A stretch of DNA of 64,000 nucleotides, taken from the NCBI GenBank assembly GCA_963708015.1, contig OY970185.1, forward strand, positions 127,139-191,138. Reading direction: 5' to 3'. Under the pieces are notes generated by a model, which was not told the DNA's origin, did not search any database, and saw only the letters and a program-made list of their open reading frames with translations. The first letter of the stretch is position 1, and each line of letters opens with the position of its first letter. The translations under genes and the position numbers were made by a program. Source of the stretch: an uncultured Chloroflexia bacterium (GTDB taxonomy: Bacteria > Chloroflexota > Limnocylindria > Limnocylindrales > CSP1-4). Positions 57,148 to 64,000 of the stretch are shown here, one piece after another.

Positions 57148-57585
57148 GTGAACGCGACGCGGTCGCCGAGGCCCCTGCCGGGCATCGCCAGAGCCACCCT
57201 TGGACTCGAGATCTTCCTCAGCCTGGGCGCCCTCGCCGGCGGTCTCGCGCTCATCCTCGGACCGCGCGGCGAGATCATCCCGCTCGAGGTGTCCTCCCTG
57301 GCCGGCTCGCCGTTCGACTCATACCTGGTGCCAGGCCTGGTCCTCTTCGGGGTGCTCGGATTCGGTCCGCTCGTGGCCGCTGCCATGACCTTGCGCCGTC
57401 ATCCGCTGGCTCCCCTGGCCGCCGTGGTGACCGGGGCCGCCCTCCTTGGCTGGCTGGCCGTGGAGATCGCCATCGTCGGGTATAGCAGCGAGCCACCACT
57501 CCAGCCGTTCTACCTCGCCCTGGGAGTCGTCATCTTCGTGCTCGGCCTCGAGTGGCAGGTCCGATCTGCCCGGGCTGAGTCGTGA
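57148..57585 (+). CDS. Hypothetical four-TM membrane protein
   Basis: GALAGG, LAGSPFDSYLVPGLVL, WLAVE; GGAGG RBS. Confidence 0.75.
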   Translation: MNATRSPRPLPGIARATLGLEIFLSLGALAGGLALILGPRGEIIPLEVSSLAGSPFDSYLVPGLVLFGVLGFGPLVAAAMTLRRHPLAPLAAVVTGAALLGWLAVEIAIVGYSSEPPLQPFYLALGVVIFVLGLEWQVRSARAES

Positions 57586-57977
57586 CGGCGGTTCGACACC
57601 CAGTTGCCGTCGCGTTCCTGAAGACGGTTCACACCGTGATCTTCGCGGGCGAGCTATCGGCGATCCTTTGGCTCCTCGTGTCCGGATTGCTTGGCCGGCG
57701 GGACCGAACGGTGGCAGCCGCGGCTGCCGCCGTCGCCGGGGAAGTCGCGGTGTACCTGGCCAACGATGGGGTGTGTCCCCTCACCCCGATGACGCAGCAC
57801 CTTGGTGCCGCCCGCGGTTCCGTGTCCGACCTCTTCCTTCCCGAAGCGGTCGCTCGAACCATCCCTGTCTGGTCAAGCGCTTTGCTGCTGATCGCCGGAC
57901 TGCTCCACCTGAGATCGGTCCTCACGAACGTGCCCATCTGGCCGCGAGTCAACCGTTCGGCTACGCTCCGAGCGTGA
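57582..57977 (+). CDS. Hypothetical membrane protein
   Basis: KTVHTVIF, N.GVCPLT, SDLFLP; GTGA overlaps at both ends. Confidence 0.7.
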   Translation: MTAVRHPVAVAFLKTVHTVIFAGELSAILWLLVSGLLGRRDRTVAAAAAAVAGEVAVYLANDGVCPLTPMTQHLGAARGSVSDLFLPEAVARTIPVWSSALLLIAGLLHLRSVLTNVPIWPRVNRSATLRA

Positions 57978-60900
57978 TCTGTGCGAACTGCGGGATCGAG
58001 AACCGACCCGGCCGGAAGTTCTGCGCGAAGTGCGCCGCGGCCCTGGCGGTCATCTGCCCGGTCTGTGGTGCGGCCAACGAGCCGAGCGACGCGTTCTGCG
58101 GCGAGTGCGCCTCGCCGCTGACACCGGATGCGGCCGCGCCGACGACCGCCGCCACGCCACGGACCGCCAACGCCGCTGCCCAACGGCAGCCGCCCGACCA
58201 GGACTCCCCCGTCGCCGAGCGTCGCGTCGTCAGCGTTCTCTTCGCCGATCTCGTCGGCTTCACCACGATCGCCGAGGGCCACGACGCCGAGGACACCCGC
58301 GAGCTCCTGAACCGCTACTTCGAGCTCGCCCGCGAGGTGATCGGCCGCTACGGCGGCACCGTCGAGAAGTTCATCGGCGATGCCGTGATGGCCGTCTGGG
58401 GCGCCCCGGTCGCCCGCGAGGACGACGCCGAGCGGGCTGTCCGGGCGGGACTCGAGCTCGTCGACGCGGTCCAGACGCTCGGCCCGCAGATCCAGGCCCG
58501 GGCCGGAGTGCTGACGGGCGAAGCCGCCGTCACGATCGGGGCCACGAACCAGGGCATGGTCGCCGGCGATCTCGTCAACACCGCCAGCCGGCTCCAAAGC
58601 GTCGCCCAGCCGGGCACCGTCCTCGTCGGCGAGGCGACCCAGCGCGCCGCCTCGAAAGCGATCGCCTTCGAGAAGGCCGGCGAGCAGCACCTCAAGGGCA
58701 AGCAGGCGCCGGTCGAGGCCTGGCGGGCGGCGCGCGTCGTGGCGGAAGTCGGCGGCCGGAACAGGCGCGACACGCTCGAGGCTCCCTTCGTCGGCCGGGA
58801 CGAGGAGCTCCGCCTGTTCAAGGACATGTTCCACGCCACGACCCGCGAGGGCCGGGCCCGCCTGATCTCCGTGATCGGGCCGGCCGGCTTCGGCAAGACG
58901 CGCCTCGCCTGGGAGTTCCTCAAGTACATCGACGGCCTGGCCGACACGGTCTGGTGGCACGAAGGCCGTTCCCCCGCCTACGGCGACGGGATCAGCTTCT
59001 GGGCCCTGGGCGAGATGATCCGCGCCCGCTGCGGCTTGCGCGAGTCAGATGACGAGCAAACGACCCGGGCCAAGGTCGCCGAGACGGTCGCCAGGCACGT
59101 CCCGGACGAACAGGAGCGGCACTGGATCGAGCCGGCACTCCTCGCCCTGCTCGGAGTCGAGACCGACGTCGCGCCGGAGCAGCTCGTCGGCGCCTGGCGG
59201 ACGTTCTTCGAGCGCCTCGCCGCGACGGCCCCGGTGGTCCTGGTCTTCGAGGACTTCCACAACGCGGACTCGGGCCTGATCGACTTCGTCGACCACATCC
59301 TCGAGTGGTCGCGGGCCTACCCGATCTACGTCGTCACGCTCGCCCGGCCGGAGCTCCTCGAGCGGCGGACCGACTGGGGCGCCGGCAAGCGCAACTTCAC
59401 CTCGATCTACCTCGAGCCGCTGCCCGAAGCCGGCGATGCGCGAGCTGCTCGCCGGGCTGGTGCCGGGCCTGCCCGCGAGCGCCGCGAAGTCGATTATCGC
59501 CCGGGCCGACGGGATCCCGCTCTATGCCGTCGAGACGGTCCGAATGCTCCTGGCCGAGGGCAAGCTTGCCCTCAACGACGAGGTCTACGTTCCGGTCGGC
59601 GACCTGACCTCATTGGCCGTGCCGGAGACGCTGACCGCCCTGATCGCGGCCCGGCTCGACGGCCTGCCGGCCGAGGAGCGCACCCTCATCCTCGACGCGG
59701 CAGTCCTCGGGCAGAGCTTCACGCCCGCCGCCCTCGCCGCCGTCAGCGGGCAGGACGAGGCGGCGATCGAGCCCCGGATGCAGGCGCTCGTGAAGCGGGA
59801 GCTGCTCACGGTCGGCAGCGACCCGCGCTCGCCCGAACGGGGCCAGTACGCATTCGTCCAGGCCCTGATCCGCGAGGTCGCCTACGGGATGCTCGCAAGG
59901 CGCGACCGCAAGACGCGCCACCTGGCCGCCGCCCGGTTCTTCGAATCGCTCGGCTCGGACGAGCTCGCCGGGGCCCTCGCGGGCCACTACCTGGCCGCCT
60001 ACCAGAACGCACCCGAGGGCCCCGAGGCCGAGGCCCTCGCCGGCCAGGCCCGGATCGCCCTGAGGAGCGCCGCCGACCGGGCGATCTCGCTCGGCGCCCA
60101 TGCCCAGGCAGTCAAGTTCCTCGACCAGGCGATCGGGGTGACCCGCGCCGAGAGCGAGCAGGCCGAGCTTCGGCTGGCAGCCGCCTCCAGCGCCGTCTCG
60201 GCAGTCGACTGGGAGGTCGCCGACGGGTACTTCATCGAAGTCGCCGATTGGGCTCGCGCCAATGGCGACTGGTCGAAGGTCGCGACTGCCCTGACCGGCC
60301 AGGGGTTGCTCCTGGTCAATCGCTCGTTCGTCGAGCAGGCGATCGTCCTGATCAGGGCCGCCCTGGACGAGGTGGGCGACAAGGTCGGCGATCGCGAGCT
60401 CGGCGCGCTCCATGCCCAGCTTGCCCGCGCCCTATCGCTCCACGAGGAAACCGCCGAGGCAGTCATGGCGGCCGACATTGCCCTCACCCACGCCGGCCGG
60501 GCGCGCGACGCGGAGGTGATCGCCGAAACCCTGATCTCCAAGGCCACGGCGCTGGCCGGGCTGGGTCGACTGTATGAGTCCGTCGCGCTCAACTGGGGGG
60601 CGATCAACATGGCCGAACGAATGGGCTTCGCCCGGACCGACCTTCGCGCTCGCAACAACCTCTCCGGCTTCCTCGCGATCGACGATCCCCAGGAGGCGCA
60701 TGCGATGCTGCTCGTCGGCCTCGAGCGAGCGCGGCGACTGGGCGAGCCGGGCTGGTTCTCGGCCCTGACCACGATCGACGGGCTGATCACCTTCTGGATC
60801 GGCGACTGGGACACGGCCCTGGCCGAGATCGACGAGGCCGTCGGGGCAAGCGGTGTCGTCCTGGCCGGAATGCTTGCCCTCGTCAGCTCGTGGATCCAGG

Positions 60901-61550
60901 CGGCGCGAGGCGATCTCCAGGATGCCCGCGAGGCCATGGTCGAAGCCCAACGCCAGACCGAGGGGACCACGAATCCGACGGCCGAGGCGTACGCCCGGAT
61001 GTACAGCCCGGCCTGGCTCGCCCTCTGCGAAGGACGCTTTGGCGACGCGGCCTCCGACGCCTATGCCTGTGTCCTGGCCACGTGGGAGATCCTCGAGGAG
61101 GGGACCGTGGTCGGCGCCGCGGCCGCGGCCCTCGACGGCGACCTGGCGGCGCTCGAACGGATCGCCGCCGAGTTCGTCAAGGTCACGGCCTCGGGCCTGC
61201 ACTTCGAGGCGATCAACGCCGAGCTCGAGGCCTATCGCCTGGCCCTGGCTGGTGAGCTGGCCGAGGCGGGCCAGCGGTTCGCGGCTGGGGCCGGGCTGCT
61301 CCGCCGCCTGGGCTACGAGGTGGAGCTGGCCCTGTTCGCGATTGTCCGCGCCACGCTGCTCCAGCCGCTCGATGCGCCGACGATGGCAGCGGTCGCCGAA
61401 GCCCGCGAGATCCTTGGTCGACTTGGCGCGGAGGCACTCCTCAAGCTGCTCGACGATGCGGTCGCGGGTCGTGGGTCTCCGGCCGAAACCGGGCCCCGCG
61501 GGGCTGCCCGACCTAAAACCCAGTCAAACGTTTCCTCGGGCAACCGTTAA
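57974..61550 (+). pseudogene. Zinc ribbon/cyclase/STAND ATPase/TPR paralog (copy 2), +1 frameshift near 59432
   Basis: Close to 6346-9903 through the ATPase region; one extra base in CCC GAA GCC G GCG ATG splits it into the 57974 frame and 59436-61550; may be a sequencing error. Confidence 0.85.
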
Positions 61551-61736
61551 GTCGGTTCGCGGCGACCGGAGCCCACTTCCGCGTTCGATTTGGCCACACC
61601 GCGAGCACGACTTGAGCTCAGATCGACGCTCCTTCGGCCCGGCAAGCCCGATCTCCAGGCGCCAACCGTGATCGCGCTTCCTGCACGAACCGTTTGGATC
61701 AAGCGCCCCGTGCCCCCGTCAACGGACGACGACGGC

Positions 61737-62275
61737 TCAGGCGCCCGGCGGGTCAATCCGCGGTTCGGCCGGGCGGTCGGTCCAATAGAGGCACATCTTC
61801 TTGTTGTGCTTGGCCCAGGTGAATTCGCGCATTGCAGCGTGGGCTTTCGCGGCCACCGCCCGGGACGGCGCGTTGTCCGGACTCACGAGCGAGCAGACGC
61901 TGTCGAATTGCGTGTTCGCGAACACCCAGGCGACGCAGGCCCGGGCCGCCTCCGTGGCGTAGCCGCGGCCCTGCTCGGCCGGCACGATGTGGTAGCCGAC
62001 TTCGGGGATCTCACGGCCTTCGAGCGGTTGGAGGATCGGCCCGCAGTCGCCGAGGAACCGCCCGTCGGAACGCCGGATCACGGCCCACAGCCCGAACCCA
62101 TGGTCCCGGTAGCTCTGGCGGGCCCATTCGATCCACCCGGCGACCCGATCCCGGTCGAACGGCGCCGGGTAGTGCGCATCGCGGCGGGATCGCCCAGGAC
62201 CTCGAACAGCCCGTCGAGATCGTCAGGCTCGAGCTCGCGGAGAATGAGCCGCCCGGTCTCGAGCACGACTCGCAT
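61737..62275 (-). pseudogene. RimJ/RimL-type GNAT acetyltransferase, 1-nt deletion near 62175
   Basis: LETGRLILREL...DPAAM(R)|HYPAPF...HGFGLWAV...GDCG...EVGY...QGRGYATEAA...N.PS; ATG CG CAC TAC lacks one base. Confidence 0.8.
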
Positions 62276-62330
62276 CGACCGAGGATCGTCGCCGCCCGAG
62301 CCGAGCCCCGAGTGCCCGGTGCCCGCGCGG

Positions 62331-62834
62331 CTACTCGTCGCGACGAATCGCGAGGGGCCGAAAGCTGGCGCAATCGGGGCCGCGGTCACCGGCCCACAGG
62401 CGCATGAACTCCTCGTGCGCCTCGCGCAGATCGACTTCGATGGCTCGCAGCTGGTGACGGCCGTCGCGAGATCGCTCGCCCGGCAATGAGTTCGCCGCCT
62501 CGCAATGGGCATGCGGAACCAGGACGCGAGGCCCGATGTCGTGAAGGTGGTAGGCGAGTCGCATCGAGCGCACAACGTCGAGGTATTCGTAGTGGTACTT
62601 GGCGAGCTCCCAGCCGCCGCCCGACCCGTGCCGGTAATACTCGCGATACCGTGGCTGGACCTCGGTCGCGAGGTCGATGCCCGGACAATCGAGGACGAAT
62701 TCGAGCAGTCGCGTCTCGGCCCGAGCCCCGATGTCGGTCACTACCAGATCGCCCCAGGTGTCGAGAAAGTCCGCCAGGCGGTCGCGACGGGAGCGCAGCT
62801 GGCCGTCGCTCAACGACACGAGCGGACTTGGCAA
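62331..62834 (-). CDS. Hypothetical protein, weak resemblance to His-rich DUF6516/TumE-like putative toxins
   Basis: KYHYEY...RLAYHLH...PHAHC; starts 1 nt after HTH gene stop. Confidence 0.55.
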   Translation of the reverse strand: MPSPLVSLSDGQLRSRRDRLADFLDTWGDLVVTDIGARAETRLLEFVLDCPGIDLATEVQPRYREYYRHGSGGGWELAKYHYEYLDVVRSMRLAYHLHDIGPRVLVPHAHCEAANSLPGERSRDGRHQLRAIEVDLREAHEEFMRLWAGDRGPDCASFRPLAIRRDE

Positions 62835-62835
62835 G

Positions 62836-63102
62836 TCAGGCCGAGACAGACCCGAGTGGATCCTCGATGGTGGCCGGCCCTGGCGCCTCGAGCCCGAGCA
62901 GCCGGATCACGGCCTTGCGCGGGATCCGGTAGGTGCGCTCAGACAGGCGGACCGCGGAGAGCCGCCCCTCGTGGATGTAGTTCAGGACGGTCGAGCTCGA
63001 CAGCGAGGCGAGGGCCGCGACTTCGGCTGGTGAATAGAACGCCTTCGGCAAGAGCTGCGAGGCATCGTCATTCGTTCTCGAGGGCGGCTGGAGCAAGGCC
63101 AT
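62836..63102 (-). CDS. Excisionase-like HTH_17 DNA-binding protein
   Basis: YSPAEVAALASLSSSTVLNYIHEGRLSAVRL...YRIPRKAV; AGGAG RBS. Confidence 0.8.
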   Translation of the reverse strand: MALLQPPSRTNDDASQLLPKAFYSPAEVAALASLSSSTVLNYIHEGRLSAVRLSERTYRIPRKAVIRLLGLEAPGPATIEDPLGSVSA

Positions 63103-63127
63103 CTTGCGCTCCTGGATCGGCGGGATT

Positions 63128-63165
63128 GCTATCCGCCACGATAGCGATCAGGCCCAAGTTGTCAA
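63128..63165 (-). promoter_or_regulatory. Sigma70-type promoter with palindrome over the -10
   Basis: TTGACA-N16-TATCGT; GCTATC-N6-GATAGC inverted repeat at 63128-63145. Confidence 0.65.
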
Positions 63166-63182
63166 CCCGTTCGGCGCGGGGC

Positions 63183-64000
63183 TCAGCCGGCGGCGATGCC
63201 CGCGAGGACGCCGTCCGGGCGAACCGCCGCGAGCGAGGGTTGTTCGGGGCCGCTCGCGACCTCGCCCAGCTCGGCCTCGAGGTGGGCGGCCAGCTGGGCG
63301 CTGCGGGCCTGGAACATGGCATCCATCGTCGGCCCGATCTGGACCATGATCGCCCGCTCCTTGGCCGTCTTCGGCGGCGCGAACCGGAAATGGACGATCG
63401 TCCCCTCTGGCGTCGGCTCGAACTCGAGCGAGGTCAGGAACTTCAGCGGACCCGCGGGCGTGTCCATCGACGTCCGCTCGGTGAGGTAGTCGTAGGGCCG
63501 CCAGTCGAGGATCTCCTCGACCACCGCATCGGGGCCGTGCATGCAATGGTTCGTCGTGCCCACGCCGCGGCGGCCGCTCGGCGAGTCGACCAGGATCTCG
63601 GTCGTGCCCACCTGCCAGCCGATCCTCCGGCCAGCTTCGGTGACGAAGTCCCAGACCATCTGCGGCGGTGCGTTGGTGGGAACCGAGGCCGTGAAGATCG
63701 CGTCCGCCGCGGTAACCCGGACGCGGGCCCGGGCGTCCTCCTCCTGCCAGCGCCGTTCGAGGTCGAGCGCCCACGCGCGAATCTCCCCGACGCCCTCGTA
63801 GGATTCGACCGACACGATCAGGCCGACGGCGACAGGATCGATCCCGGTCGCGCCCACGCACGCCTCGGTCAGCAGGGCGTAGGCCGTCAGCCCGAGCTCC
63901 TCGACGACGTGGTTCTTGAGCAGGCGGTGGGCAACGATCACATCCGAGCCGATCAGTTCGGCCTGGCCGGCCATCTTCTGGTGGGATGCCTGGCCCAGGT
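63183..64000 (-). CDS. DUF2652 (cyclase-like) + SRPBCC domain protein, 5' end outside window
   Basis: ELIGSDVIVAHRLLKN; APPQMVWDFVT...GVGTTNHCMHG...EEILDWRPYDY. Confidence 0.75.
   Translation of the reverse strand, partial: LGQASHQKMAGQAELIGSDVIVAHRLLKNHVVEELGLTAYALLTEACVGATGIDPVAVGLIVSVESYEGVGEIRAWALDLERRWQEEDARARVRVTAADAIFTASVPTNAPPQMVWDFVTEAGRRIGWQVGTTEILVDSPSGRRGVGTTNHCMHGPDAVVEEILDWRPYDYLTERTSMDTPAGPLKFLTSLEFEPTPEGTIVHFRFAPPKTAKERAIMVQIGPTMDAMFQARSAQLAAHLEAELGEVASGPEQPSLAAVRPDGVLAGIAAG

Noticed and set aside
59420-59440. Programmed ribosomal frameshift in cyclase copy 2
   Set aside because: No slippery sequence, and the paralog is continuous at this position.
61551-61736. Cys-containing fragment (CRKRDHGW...CSRCG) on the minus strand
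   Set aside because: No start codon or RBS in frame; may be a remnant or chance.
62836-63102. Prophage or ICE excisionase marking a mobile element
   Set aside because: No integrase, att-bearing tRNA or phage genes in the window.

Overview
High-GC (roughly 70% by eye) bacterial chromosomal window, densely coding. Gene content suggests a soil/sediment Chloroflexota (Limnocylindria/Ellin6529-like) or actinobacterial-like genome; this is inference only. I saw no rRNA, tRNA, CRISPR array, integrase or transposase. Main contents: two paralogous zinc-ribbon/class III cyclase/STAND-ATPase/TPR genes (one frameshifted); a ~6 kb block (VOC, AlkZ-like, GyrI-like, PQQ-propeller surface protein) bounded by a degenerate 65-bp direct repeat; an MFS gene behind an internally deleted chrB remnant; a Get3/ArsA-HSP20 ATPase; a 1585-aa cohesin+dockerin+CSLREA+beta-helix+PKD surface protein; an envelope/redox region (DoxX-Rieske, mltG, murT-gatD-cysM-like, PLP decarboxylase, uppP, ferredoxin/NuoF-like/two-component/ferric reductase/ApbE, P1B-5 ATPase-hemerythrin); a PspC/LiaF/ABC stress operon; and a probable HTH + toxin-like pair. 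The best candidate for a new system is a translationally coupled operon of a divergent MurT, a GatD whose catalytic Cys is replaced by Ala, and a CysM-type PLP enzyme, preceded by a Tat-motif mini-ORF and a TCTCAG-N5-TCTCAG box. All family calls are by-eye motif recognition, not database searches.
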